Positions 13,479 to 26,583 of a stretch of DNA of 64,000 bases are shown here, in pieces. The stretch comes from Octopus bimaculoides (Eukaryota), in assembly GCF_001194135.2 (NCBI RefSeq), contig NC_069005.1, forward strand, positions 3,133,109 to 3,197,108, given 5' to 3'. A program made the position numbers and the translations under genes. The number at the start of each line of letters is the position of its first letter. Position 1 is the stretch's first letter. The notes under the pieces were generated by a model, which was not told the origin of the DNA, searched no databases, and saw nothing but the letters and a program-made list of their open reading frames with translations.

Positions 13479-13853
13479 CAGAGACAGAGACAGATGGATA
13501 GATAGATAGTTAGTTATGTAAATGTGAGTAGGTACTTTTGGCCGTGTGTGTTTCTTGTGTATATGGGCGTTTATAGGTCAGTTCCATGTAACCGTGGCAA
13601 ATTTGCCTGGATTCCAGATAACAGCAACGATGTCAGTGAACTAACTTCATAGATTTCTTTGTAGCGATGTAAAAGCCTGGCCTTGCTTCTTTCACCTTTC
13701 GCACGTTCCTCAAACACTACTGATGTTATGTTCCTTTCAGACTGTTACCTATCTTCCTCTTTTCGTTATATCTCTCTGTTCTGTGTTTATTACGTAAGCG
13801 CAATGCCTGCTCGCGTGATCTTTCTCCTTTCCTCCAGTGCCTCTCTCTGTCTC

Positions 13854-13894
<41 letters not shown>

Positions 13895-14780
13895 NNNNNN
13901 NNNNNNNNNNNNNNNNNNNNNNNNNNNNNNNNNNNNNNNNNNNNNNNNNNNNNNNNNNNNNNNNNNNNNNNNNNNNNNNNNNNNNNNNNNNNNNNNNNNN
14001 NNNNNNNNNNNNNNNNNNNNNNNNNNNNNNNNNNNNNNNNNNNNNNNNNNNNNNNNNNNNNNNNNNNNNNNNNNNNNNNNNNNNNNNNNNNNNNNNNNNN
14101 NNNNNNNNNNNNNNNNNNNNNNNNNNNNNNNNNNNNNNNNNNNNNNNNNNNNNNNNNNNNNNNNNNNNNNNNNNNNNNNNNNNNNNNNNNNNNNNNNNNN
14201 NNNNNNNNNNNNNNNNNNNNNNNNNNNNNNNNNNNNNNNNNNNNNNNNNNNNNNNNNNNNNNNNNNNNNNNNNNNNNNNNNNNNNNNNNNNNNNNNNNNN
14301 NNNNNNNNNNNNNNNNNNNNNNNNNNNNNNNNNNNNNNNNNNNNNNNNNNNNNNNNNNNNNNNNNNNNNNNNNNNNNNNNNNNNNNNNNNNNNNNNNNNN
14401 NNNNNNNNNNNNNNNNNNNNNNNNNNNNNNNNNNNNNNNNNNNNNNNNNNNNNNNNNNNNNNNNNNNNNNNNNNNNNNNNNNNNNNNNNNNNNNNNNNNN
14501 NNNNNNNNNNNNNNNNNNNNNNNNNNNNNNNNNNNNNNNNNNNNNNNNNNNNNNNNNNNNNNNNNNNNNNNNNNNNNNNNNNNNNNNNNNNNNNNNNNNN
14601 NNNNNNNNNNNNNNNNNNNNNNNNNNNNNNNNNNNNNNNNNNNNNNNNNNNNNNNNNNNNNNNNNNNNNNNNNNNNNNNNNNNNNNNNNNNNNNNNNNNN
14701 NNNNNNNNNNNNNNNNNNNNNNNNNNNNNNNNNNNNNNNNNNNNNNNNNNNNNNNNNNNNNNNTAGAGATTAAGTTAAAA

Positions 14781-14818
<38 letters not shown>

Positions 14819-15807
14819 TATATATATGACTGTGTGTATTTGTGTGCGTGCGTTCAGGTGTTTGTGTGTGAATGTGCGCATGTGGTTGCGAGTGTGTATG
14901 TGTATGCATGTGTGTATGTTTGTATGTTTACATATGTGTGTTCGCGCGTGTGTGTGTTTGTGTTTATAGCTGTATGTGTTCACGTGCGCGCGATTTTACG
15001 TGTATGAGTCTTTCTGTATGTTGGTTTTGAGTGTGTGTGTGTTTTGAACGTGCGTGTGCCATTGAAGAAATCTTTTTTACCGTTACGTTTCAATTTCAAT
15101 GGCTTTCACACTGAATATAACGACATGTCTCTGATATCCGGAAACATTGCAACATGAAAACATTTTCGTAACGTGGAATTTCCGTAATATATAAATCTTA
15201 TTCACTTCCTCGTAACAAGAAAATAGGTTTCGCCTCACGAAGCACCAACATATAGCACGGTTGTTGAAAACGCAACGCTTACGTAACGTGGTGCATGAGT
15301 GTCTTAAATTCCATCTTTTCAAACTTAATGGTAAAGTCTGATATAAATAAGTTTCGTCCTACCGAAGATCTAATTAAACATGCCAGGTTTTTTAATAGAA
15401 ATTTCAGTTACGTTTCGAATATCTGAGAAATTTAATCTCTAATACTAATAAGTGCACATCTGTATTTTCGTCAGATAAGATAACATATATTACTCCCTCT
15501 CATTATTATAATGAGGCCATTCGTAGTAAAGCCTATCGTAAGGAGTCGTTTGAGGCGGCAAGGTCGGCGAGGGAGGCACGCTAGCAGGATAATAAACACA
15601 ACGTGCTGAGATGAAATTCCTACGAAATCGATTTTGCCGTTTATCCTTTTGTGGTTGAGAAAATGATTACCAGTGACGAACTGGGGTAGATGGAATCGAC
15701 TCATTTCCTCCTCCAAAATTGCTGCCCTTGTGGCGTATTTTAAACCATTATTATAATGAGATCTTTACTAGAACAGACTGTCATAAGGAGTCGCGTAGGG
15801 CGCAAGG

Positions 15808-15930
15808 GCGGTGAGGGTGGCGAGAGGGCAGGATCGTAAGCAGAACGGACGGAATGCTTAGCGGCATTTCGTCCGTCTTTACGTTCTCTGAATTCCGCCG
15901 AGAACGATTTTTCCTTTCGTTCTTTCGGGA
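15808..15930 (+). mobile_element. SINE family B, 5' part
   Basis: GGCAGGATCGTAAGC...GGAATGCTTAGCGGCATTTCGTCCGTCTTTACGTTCT...AATTCCGCCGAG...CCTTTCGTTCTTTCGGG. Confidence 0.75.
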
Positions 15931-16087
15931 CGGATGAAGCAAGTACATCTTAAGCACTTGGGGGCTGGTGGTATTGATGTAAACAATTAATATTGGACCG
16001 TATTTTCAAGGGTTTCAAATCGAAATGGAGGTAAATATTTTGCGATAAAACGAAATTTTTAGTTCAATCCTTATAACATCTTCAATG

Positions 16088-16474
16088 TTTTATTTGCTTC
16101 CGTCGTAGACTGCGGCCATGCTGGGGCACCACCTTGATGGGTTGTAGTCGAAATGAATCGATATTAGTGCCTATAGTTTTCAAAATCTGGTACTCGTTAT
16201 GTCACTCTCTTTATGCCAAACCGCTAAGTATCAGTGAAATAAAAACAAAAACAAAGTGTGTCAAGCGGTGCTGGAGGAGAAACGAAAAGACAAAACGCAC
16301 GTGCCCAAACACACATATTACGCCAAGCTTCTTTCAGTTTCCGCCTAGTAAATCCACCGACAAGACTTTGCTCGGCCCGGGTGTATACTAGAAGACACTT
16401 GTCCCTGATGCCTCTTAGGGGAACTGAACAAGGTACAATGTGGTTGACATGCAAACTTTATTCCACACATCGAC
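16088..16474 (-). mobile_element. SINE family A, near full length
   Basis: GACTGCGGCCATGCTGGGGCACC...GCCAAACCGCTAAGT...GTCAAGCGGTG...CTTCTTTCAGTTTCCG...TAGAAGACACTTGTCC...GGGAACTGAAC. Confidence 0.85.
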
Positions 16475-17498
16475 AACTCTAAGAATATATACTGCAAAAC
16501 GTATTAAATTAAATTACTGTTCATTTCCTTAGAAAAAAAAACACATAAAAAAGTTCAACTCTTTCAATGGCAACCTAATTAATATTAGCTATCCCTGTTG
16601 AAAATATATTCTAAACTTAATTAACTATTTCCGCCGTGAAAGGCTTTGCAATGTCCATAAAACATCTCATCTACTACATGTAATTATGTTGATGTAAACA
16701 AATACCCCCTTAATAGCTTCGCTAACACATGCATCAGAATAGCTGGGAATTGATTTAAAGCGCAGATTTTATCATCATACTCATTAATTGATGAACATAT
16801 GTGATTTAGCACAATATCCATGTATTAAGAGAATTTATTGCGACCAGCTTTAGCATAAAATGGTCCATCCTTGGCGGAAAAATCTACACGAATCTGCATT
16901 GTAAATGATGTTTCAGTGAACTGCTGGTCTTATTTCAAGATCTGCATTACTTATTTGAAAAACTGGAGATGTTGGGTCATTGTGAATATAATTCATCGTA
17001 TTTAATTCTGGGGATGTAATTCGCTTGACATTAAATATTTAAACAGTTTTGATCGAATTAAATATTCAAAAGTATTGCTCGAATTTGTACAGACAAACCC
17101 GTCTTTTTATTCATATATATATACAGAAATATAAGTATGCTACCTTCATACATAGGCGCAGGATGTTTGGCTTCGTCCCCTTACCCGAAAATTAAAACAC
17201 TTCCCTATAATTTTTCATATAAGAAATGTATTTTGGACTTGCTCTAATCTATTTAATCAACTTTTCCACCGTACATATGTTGTGTTGGCTTTCTGTTCAC
17301 CGTTTTTATGAACGTTCGAGGTTGGAGGTAACTATTATGTCACTTGTCGTCTGCTCCAATTCTGGCCGAAACTTAACTGAAAGTAGCTAATTATATGTAT
17401 ACATATACATATATATGCACTCGCATATACATACACACGCACAAATACAGAGATATAAATATACATGAATATAATGAATATATGTACATGAATGCGTA

Positions 17499-17563
<65 letters not shown>

Positions 17564-17978
17564 GTCTGTCTGTCTGTCTATACATACGTACATACATATA
17601 TACGTATATACATACGTAAATATATATACATATATGTACTTATGTATATATGTGTAAATATATATGTACGTATGTATATATTTACATATATTTGTATATA
17701 TGTGTATACATATACATACGTACAGACACACACATATAGACACATATATAAATATTAAGCCTCACCAAACGTTGAATATAGACAGATTCCAAGATTAGCA
17801 CTAAGTGCAAAATATGTGGGTGAAGAAAAAACAGTGATGGAAGTAGATAGCTGGTACTTTATAATATCGATCTCCAGACAGATATAAATCACAATTGATA
17901 TCGATAGGAATAGTGAATAGAGGAGAAAAATGCATTGAAGATGCAATACCGTTAAAAAAGAGAAGTAATACAATGTTG

Positions 17979-18032
<54 letters not shown>

Positions 18033-18113
18033 GTAGTAGTAGTAGTAGTAGAATGAAAAGTATTTTTAGTACACGAATTTTACCATGATTAACATAATAA
18101 TAATAATAATAAC

Positions 18114-18198
<85 letters not shown>

Positions 18199-18200
18199 GT
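17979..18200. repeat. Two consecutive fold-back trinucleotide microsatellites: (CTA)n(TAG)n and (AAT)n(TAT)n
   Basis: Direct reading: (CTA)n at about 17979-18030 switches to (TAG)n at 18031-18050. (AAT)n at about 18095-18166 switches to (TAT)n at about 18167-18198. Confidence 0.95.
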
Positions 18201-19072
18201 CATTATTAAACACGAATGAAGAGAACTACTGTGAGAAATTCTTAAAGCGATGTCTGCAGTTCTTCGTGTATGGAATCCTTATCAGTATAAGACATCGGTA
18301 TCAACACCATATATACATACGTGCATATATACATAGATATATGCATACACATTTGTGTCTGTGTGCATATATGTATGCATATTTGTGTGTATATATACTG
18401 TCTTCTTATGTGGGGATCAGAAAACATAGATATAGAGAGCGAGAAAAACAGAGGGAGAGACAGAGAGTGACAGAGGGAGTGGAGAGAGAAAGAGGGAAAG
18501 AGAAAAAGAGAAGGAGGAGGAAATGGCATAGTTGCGACGCCATCTATTATCAATCTTTCCTGTTCACACGGTTCCTTTAAGAAAGTATGAAAAAGTCTAA
18601 AAACAATGCGAAAATCTGGAAACTCATTCTTACAAAGACTAAAATATTTGGTTGAAGTTTACGTAATGTTGAGTCCTGTAGAGGTGGGTGTCTGGTAAGA
18701 AGTTTGCTTCTGAATGACATGGTACTGTGTTCAAGACCACTGACTGGCATATAGGCCAAGTGCCTTCTAGAATAGTCTCATGCCGACCAGCGACGCGAGG
18801 GGAGTCATAAACGAAATTGAAAGAAGCATCATATATGCATGTGCGTGTATGTGTGTGTGTGTGTGTTTATATGTTTGCAACGCACATTTTAAAGGTATAC
18901 CTTTGATCTTTAGATGACTTTTACCTGTGATTACTGCTGGCAGGTTTCGGTGTATTTATACCTCCTCAGTGAAGCATATATTTACAATGACTGTATAAGG
19001 CTTACAACGACAAGAGGGAAGGTAATATTTTGTGAGTCATAACTAAATTAAGTTCTAAATTAAAAGAACTGA

Positions 19073-19200
19073 GTAGGTGCAGGCGTGGCTATATGATAAG
19101 AAGCTTTGCTTTTCAACTTCATGGTTCCTTTAACAATATCGTCCAGAAGTGTTATGGGTGGAGATGGTGGACAGAAACTGAAAGAAACCCACCGCATGTG
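19073..19200 (+). mobile_element. Degraded SINE family A head leading into (TG)(TA)n and a gap
   Basis: GTAGGTGCAGGCGTGGCTATATGATAAGAAGCTTTGCTT...CATGGTTCC...GGACAGAAACTGAAAGAAACCC. Confidence 0.6.
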
Positions 19201-19972
19201 TGTGTATATATATATATATATATATNNNNNNNNNNNNNNNNNNNNNNNNNNNNNNNNNNNNNNNNNNNNNNNNNNNNNNNNNNNNNNNNNNNNNNNNNNN
19301 NNNNNNNNNNNNNNNNNNNNNNNNNNNNNNNNNNNNNNNNNNNNNNNNNNNNNNNNNNNNNNNNNNNNNNNNNNNNNNNNNNNNNNNNNNNNNNNNNNNN
19401 NNNNNNNNNNNNNNNNNNNNNNNNNNNNNNNNNNNNNNNNNNNNNNNNNNNNNNNNNNNNNNNNNNNNNNNNNNNNNNNNNNNNNNNNNNNNNNNNNNNN
19501 NNNNNNNNNNNNNNNNNNNNNNNNNNNNNNNNNNNNNNNNNNNNNNNNNNNNNNNNNNNNNNNNNNNNNNNNNNNNNNNNNNNNNNNNNNNNNNNNNNNN
19601 NNNNNNNNNNNNNNNNNNNNNNNNNNNNNNNNNNNNNNNNNNNNNNNNNNNNNNNNNNNNNNNNNNNNNNNNNNNNNNNNNNNNNNNNNNNNNNNNNNNN
19701 NNNNNNNNNNNNNNNNNNNNNNNNNNNNNNNNNNNNNNNNNNNNNNNNNNNNNNNNNNNNNNNNNNNNNNNNNNNNNNNNNNNNNNNNNNNNNNNNNNNN
19801 NNNNNNNNNNNNNNNNNNNNNNNNNNNNNNNNNNNNNNNNNNNNNNNNNNNNNNNNNNNNNNNNNNNNNNNNNNNNNNNNNNNNNNNNNNNNNNNNNNNN
19901 NNNNNNNNNNNNNNNNNNNNNNNNNNNNNNNNNNNNNNNNNNNNNNNNNNNNNNNNNNNNNNNNNNNNNNNN

Positions 19973-20021
<49 letters not shown>

Positions 20022-20093
20022 AAGCATAGAGCGGATGAGAGACAGAAAGAGAAAAGGAGAGACAAATAGCGGGTGAGAGAGTGACATGAGAAC

Positions 20094-20124
<31 letters not shown>

Positions 20125-20391
20125 GATGAAACAGAGAACGAGGAAGGAGCCAAAGAATCATAGATAGGCTCCTTATTGCTCCAGTATGGACTCATCCAAA
20201 GATTCATTTCCGCGCGGAAATTATCTGCATGCCTCAAGAAAGCACACATAAATATAACGATGCATACACCACCCACCCACCCACGCCGGTTCCTTTGTCA
20301 CGTGCATATGTTTTCCGTAGAAAAATAGAAGTATGTATACATACATACCCACATACATTTATATGTTTATACACACACACACACACACACG

Positions 20392-20434
<43 letters not shown>

Positions 20435-20435
20435 A

Positions 20436-20562
20436 ACCAGCTAAATTGCTCCGGGTTCATTCCTATTGCGTGGCACCTTGGACAGGTAAATTCCTTTATA
20501 GCCCTAGGACGACCAAATCCTTCTGATTGGATTTGGTAGACGGAAACTGAGAGAAGTCCATC

Positions 20563-20635
<73 letters not shown>

Positions 20636-20884
20636 CATATATTTGTGTGTGTGCGTGTGTGTGTGTGTATGTCTGTGTCTGTGTTTGCTCCTCATCACCG
20701 CTTGACAACCGGTGCTGGTGTTTACGTGCCCGTAACCTAGCGGTTCGGCAAATGCGCCCGATAGAATAAGTACCAGTGTTAACAAAAGTTATGTGCTGGT
20801 GACGACTCATTCGACGAAAAATTCTTCGAGGTGGTGCTGCAACATGGCCGCAGTCTAGTGACTGAAACAAGTAAAAGATAGAAG
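20436..20884 (+). mobile_element. SINE family A, near full length, sense orientation, internal (TA)n(TG)n
   Basis: CCGGGTTCATTCCTATTGCGTGGCACCTTGG...GGATTTGGTAGACGGAAACTGAGAGAAG-(TA)n-(TG)n-CGCTTGACAACCGGTGCTGGTG...GCGGTTCGGCAAA...CATGGCCGCAGTCTAGTGACTGAAACAAGTAAAAGATAGAAG. Confidence 0.9.
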
Positions 20885-21403
20885 ATATGTATACATATTT
20901 ATGTGTGTGTATGTATGTATGTATGTATATACTTAGGTATATATCGACACGATGTCGAAATAATTGTCCCCTTGTCTATTTGCGTCCATATGTGTTTATA
21001 CGTAAGTGTGTTTACAAATATATAAACACTCACCAACAGACGTTCGGTTACGTCTCTCTCTCTCTATGTATATTATAGGATTAGTAGTACAGAATGCAGA
21101 TTAGAATATCGCGTAAGCGTTAGCACCCGAGTGTAAATGTACTGGGTGTCGTTGTGGTTTAATCCGAGGTAGGAATTGATGTTAAGCAAAGCTACTATCG
21201 AAGTGCTTCCAGGCGAGACGTTCCCATTTATTGTTATTAAGTCACGATACGGTCAGAACGAATGTATCAATTACATATTTTCTATAAGACGATGATATAC
21301 TGGTAACGGTGAGAGTGATTTACTGCTATTTCTAGCCGGTTAAAACGTAGTCTCCTCAAACACACACACATTCAAACACACATAGGAACACACACACACG
21401 AAT

Positions 21404-21466
<63 letters not shown>

Positions 21467-21534
21467 TGCACACACGCATACACCTACACACACGCACATA
21501 TACATACACGCACATATACACACACGCATAGGTC

Positions 21535-21815
21535 AGTGGAAGAACCTGCACATTAAATTAAGGTGCAAGTGGCTCAGCAGTCCACAGACACCCGTAACTT
21601 TAACGTAGTTCTTCAGGGAGATTCAGCGTGACACACAATGGGACAAGACCCCCCCCCATTTGAATTACAGGTACTACTCATTGTTGGCAGCTGAGATGAC
21701 TGGAGCCACGAGAAATAAAGTGTCTTACTCAAAGACACAACATGCCACTTGAAATCGACCTCATGACTTTACGATCGACAGACTCTCAACCTATATTTAA
21801 CCACGCGCCTTCACC
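21535..21815 (-). mobile_element. SINE family C copy
   Basis: Antisense of ...CACGCTGAAT...GAACTACGTTAA...GTCTGTGGA.TGCTGAGCCACTTGCAC; the head ends CCACGCGCCTTCACC. Confidence 0.75.
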
Positions 21816-21816
21816 G

Positions 21817-21920
21817 TCAATCCCACTGCGTGGCACCTCGGTAGAGTGTCTGCTACTATAGCCTCGGGCCGACCAGAGACTTGTGAGTGGATTTGGTAGA
21901 CGGTATCTGAAACGTGCCTG
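21817..21920 (+). mobile_element. SINE family A, 5' part, followed by (TA)n
   Basis: CCCACTGCGTGGCACCTCGG...TACTATAGCCTCGGGCCGACC...GTGAGTGGATTTGGTAGACGG. Confidence 0.85.
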
Positions 21921-21962
<42 letters not shown>

Positions 21963-22377
21963 GCAGCACAAAATTTTGTCAGTGAACAGGTCGCGGTCTC
22001 AAAGCGACGAAAATATTTTGACAAATTAAATTTAAATGTNNNNNNNNNNNNNNNNNNNNNNNNNNNNNNNNNNNNNNNNNNNNNNNNNNNNNNNNNNNNN
22101 NNNNNNNNNNNNNNNNNNNNNNNNNNNNNNNNNNNNNNNNNNNNNNNNNNNNNNNNNNNNNNNNNNNNNNNNNNNNNNNNNNNNNNNNATATATATATAT
22201 ATATATATATAGATTCAAAAAAACAATAACAAAAAAACAACAAAGTGAGGACGTGATACGGATAGAGTTATTGGACGCTCATGAAAGGAAAGAGAGAGTA
22301 TATATATATATACACAAATATATGCATACACACACACACACACACAGACACACACACGCACACATACACACACACAT

Positions 22378-22419
<42 letters not shown>

Positions 22420-22432
22420 TCTAATTTTTTAG

Positions 22433-22808
22433 TATTTTACTTGTTTCAGCCGTTCGACTGCAGCCATGCTGGAGCACTGCCTTTAGTCGAGCAAATCAAC
22501 CCCAGGACTTATTCTTTGCAAGCGTAGTACTTATTCTATCGGTTTCTTTTGCTGCACCACTAAGTTACGGGGACAAGCACCCCGGCATTGGTTTTCAAGC
22601 GATGTTGGGGAGACGAACTCAGATACACAAACATACACGCACATAGATATACATGCATACATATATACTACGGGCTTCTTTCAGTTTCCATCTACCATAT
22701 CCACTCACAAAGCTATGTTCGGTCCGGGGCTATAATAGAAGACACTTGCGCAAGGTGCCATGGAGTGGGACTGAACCCAGAACCATTTGGTTGGTAAGCA
22801 AGCTACAC
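22433..22808 (-). mobile_element. SINE family A, full length
   Basis: TTTTACTTGTTTCAGCC...GCCATGCTGGAGCAC...CTAAGTTACGGGGAC...CGGGCTTCTTTCAGTTTCC...CAAGGTGCC...GGGACTGAACCC...GGTTGGTAAGCAAGCTAC. Confidence 0.9.
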
Positions 22809-23231
22809 CCATATAGATAGATATAAGTGCATATGCTGGTGCGTGCATGTGTATAATTAAGTGTCGGCTTCCGTTCATGCGTACAGCGTATCTGTCTGTG
22901 TGTGCGGTTAGGTGCTCATGTTTATTCTTCGTTGATACAGACGCTCCTTTTCCTTCATCTTAAATCTATGATCGTCAGCCAGAGCATTTTGTGTGTCTGC
23001 CTGTCGGTCAGTCAGTCAGTTTGTCTGTTGGCATATCTGCCTCAACGTCTGTGCACCTCACTGCATCACTGCATCGTGTCTGCCGAGCAAAACTCTAATT
23101 CCTACCGTCTGTACGTGTGCACGCATGCACGCATGCACGCACGCACGATGGGTTGCTTGTGAGGAAGAGAGTGAGAGGCAACCTTCGTTGTTTACTCCGT
23201 AAGTATCGCTCGTTAGATCTACAAACTCACT

Positions 23232-23293
<62 letters not shown>

Positions 23294-24014
23294 NNNNNNN
23301 NNNNNNNNNNNNNNNNNNNNNNNNNNNNNNNNNNNNNNNNNNNNNNNNNNNNNNNNNNNNNNNNNNNNNNNNNNNNNNNNNNNNNNNNNNNNNNNNNNNN
23401 NNNNNNNNNNNNNNNNNNNNNNNNNNNNNNNNNNNNNNNNNNNNNNNNNNNNNNNNNNNNNNNNNNNNNNNNNNNNNNNNNNNNNNNNNNNNNNNNNNNN
23501 NNNNNNNNNNNNNNNNNNNNNNNNNNNNNNNNNNNNNNNNNNNNNNNNNNNNNNNNNNNNNNNNNNNNNNNNNNNNNNNNNNNNNNNNNNNNNNNNNNNN
23601 NNNNNNNNNNNNNNNNNNNNNNNNNNNNNNNNNNNNNNNNNNNNNNNNNNNNNNNNNNNNNNNNNNNNNNNNNNNNNNNNNNNNNNNNNNNNNNNNNNNN
23701 NNNNNNNNNNNNNNNNNNNNNNNNNNNNNNNNNNNNNNNNNNNNNNNNNNNNNNNNNNNNNNNNNNNNNNNNNNNNNNNNNNNNNNNNNNNNNNNNNNNN
23801 NNNNNNNNNNNNNNNNNNNNNNNNNNNNNNNNNNNNNNNNNNNNNNNNNNNNNNNNNNNNNNNNNNNNNNNNNNNNNNNNNNNNNNNNNNNNNNNNNNNN
23901 NNNNNNNNNNNNNNNNNNNNNNNNNNNNNNNNNNNNNNNNNNNNNNNNNNNNNNNNNNNNNNNNNNNNNNNNNNNNNNNNNNNNNNNNNNNNNNNNNNNN
24001 NNNNNNNNNNNNNN

Positions 24015-24069
<55 letters not shown>

Positions 24070-24697
24070 TATATGCACCAACAATATTAATAATAACAAT
24101 TATAATCTTTTTTCCCTAGGCATAAGGCCCGAATTGTAGTTGTGGTGGTGATAGTAGTAGTATTATTAACAGTAGGAGTAGGTGTAGGAGTAGCAGCAGC
24201 AGCAGCAACAACATCCATGGAAGTTTACTCTTGTTCGGGCGACGGTCTGGCAGAATTGCTAGAGCAAGGCAGTAGCTGTTTTGCCCTATTTCCTTCTGAC
24301 TCATTAACTTGTGCTTTCAAGTCCAGCCAGCATCAGCTTTAACTTTTTTCCTCTTATTCCGGTTGATGAAATAAAATACTTGGTTACCAGTATCGGCCAT
24401 CGATCTGTCCACGATCATGTTGGCCTTATGCCCTAATCGGAAACCATTAAGTAATGTGTCGTTGAGGTTTTTGAGCAGCAGGTTGTGTTTGAAGAGTTAT
24501 TTTGCCGTTATTGAAAGTAGGTCGAGGAGAGAAAATAGAAGCCCCACTGTGAGTTCGTGTTACTGAGATATGAGAGAGACAGAGAGATAGAAAATGAGAT
24601 CAGGCGGAGAGAAAGAGGGAGAAAGGTAAGGAGATGGAGAGAGGAGAGAGAGAGAGAGAAACCATGAACAGCACATCTAGTTGGAAATGTCTACAGT

Positions 24698-25095
24698 CAG
24701 GGCCGGATTAAGACCCATCGAGGCCCTAAGCACTTAAAACATTTTGGTGTCTCTCTAAAAGATTATGTAATTCAAAATTTAAACAATAACAAACCATAAA
24801 ATAATTTTTTTTTTTCAAAACGAAACGAAACAGCAAAAGGGAAAATAATGTTTATTTTTGTCTACTTCCATTTTATTTACATTTGAAAATTTTCCTCCTA
24901 GCTTTTTTGAATTGCAAAGTCTTTGATCAGATCCTCAAAATTAATCTTAGGTAACACATCTGCAGCTATACTAAGTAGAGATATAGGCATCCCGAATATT
25001 ATTTTAGCAAGTTTAAAGTGATTTTTTTGTGCCGCAAACCATTTACCATTTCTATGGAGCTCCCTCCTTCCCTTGATACCCTAAGCACGTGCTTA
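24698..25095 (-). mobile_element. Non-autonomous hAT-type DNA transposon remnant with transposase C-terminal fossil
   Basis: Terminus CAGGGCCGGATTAAG at 24698. Subterminal CCCTAAGCAC occurs at about 24726 and 25080. The minus strand at about 24890-24984 encodes ISLLSIAADVLPKINFEDLIKDFAIQK/ARRKI (one frameshift), resembling the end of hAT dimerisation domains (LSIE..V...INF.DLI.DFA..KARK). The second TIR and a TSD were not found. Confidence 0.7.
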
Positions 25096-25624
25096 TATAA
25101 GAGTATTTGTCTCATCTGTCTCTCAAGAACAAGAACTTTAATGTTAGAGATCTCCTACACAGCATGTCACCTACAATGAGTGCCACAAAGTTTCTTCCTG
25201 CCACCCCACCCTCAATCTTCTTTTCGTAGGCATTAAGTACCTACTTTCTGCTATCTCATTCCATTCATATCCTCGACCAGGTGATATTTCTCTTTACTTC
25301 TCTCAGAATTTCAGGAAAGAAATATTGTGTCCCTACAGAGATGCGTGACATGTTAGGCTTGGTAAACCATATCTCTTTCAAACTAATTCCAAGAAGACCT
25401 CAGAATGAAAAATGCCAGAAAATTTTCAATATCTTCTTCGAGATTGTAACAAACACCGGCGTAACATTATTTTACGGCTCGAAAGTGATGAAACGCAAAA
25501 GTAACTTTGCAAGGATTGAAGAGAACCGGAAGAAGATGTGTGTCGAAAATAATGGTTTCAAATTTAGCTCGAAGCCAGCAATGTTGGTAGAAACGGGTTT
25601 TGACGATGTCATCGACGTCAGTGC

Positions 25625-25740
25625 TCAATTGCAAAATGATGGAAGGCAAAGTCGACCAAGGCTGAATTTGATGGAGCCAGGAAAAATGTAGCTAAGCAGT
25701 TTGTCCACTGCACATCCGAGTCTTCTTGCTCGCCGCCTTC
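25625..25740 (-). mobile_element. Degraded SINE family B, 5' half
   Basis: GATGGAAGGCAAAGTCGACC...GAATTTGA...GCTAAGCAGTTT...GCTCGCCGCCTT. Confidence 0.65.
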
Positions 25741-26538
25741 TTTTGTCGGAAATAGCATGGTTTCAGATGAAGTATATATAGCAGGCAGTTAGCAGAAGCG
25801 TGAATGTGTCGGCTAAAATTTCTTAACGACATTTCATCCGGCTATTTACGGCTCGGAGATAAAATCTGTGTGTGTGTCTGTGTGTGTATGCGCGTGCTTA
25901 TATGCGTGTGTGTACTGTTGTGTTTGTCTCTTTGTGTTTGCACTTCTCCATCACTAACGCATGGCAGCCAGTGTACGTTTGGTTTGGTTAGGTTTGAATA
26001 CGTAATCGTAAATTGACCGTTTCTGCGTGAGAGTCCGAAAAAGAAAATTAGATACTACACGAATCGTTCAACTAAAAATAACCCTTAAAGGTTGTGCCCC
26101 AGCATGGCCGCAGTCCAATGACTGAAAGAAGTAGAAAATATATATTGCTTTTCTTTCATAGTATTTGAATAGAGTACGGCGGTGGTGATTTAAATAGTTA
26201 CTCGTGGGAAAATGATATCCGGAACTAAATCGGTTATAGAGGATTGAGGAGGCGTCTTTGAAAGATGCTCGTAAGAGAATAAATAAATAAATAGATAAAT
26301 AAATAAATAAAACAGAGGGGTGATCGATACGCAGTTCTAAATCTATTTAGGACGCTTTAGGAAATAGAGTGCTTGATACACTATGCTTGAAAATGAAAGA
26401 TGGGAGGGTACAACGGTTCGAACTACTTTCAAGCTCAGGTCAGTCAGTTCAATGACAGCTGATCTGCAACGAAAATTTACAACTACAACTACGACCACTA
26501 CTGCTGCTGCTGCTGCTACCACTACTACTACTACTACA

Positions 26539-26583
<45 letters not shown>

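Noticed and set aside
25281-25691. 136-aa non-microsatellite ORF
   Set aside because: Its 3' part runs through a degraded family B SINE, and I recognise no motif in the remainder.
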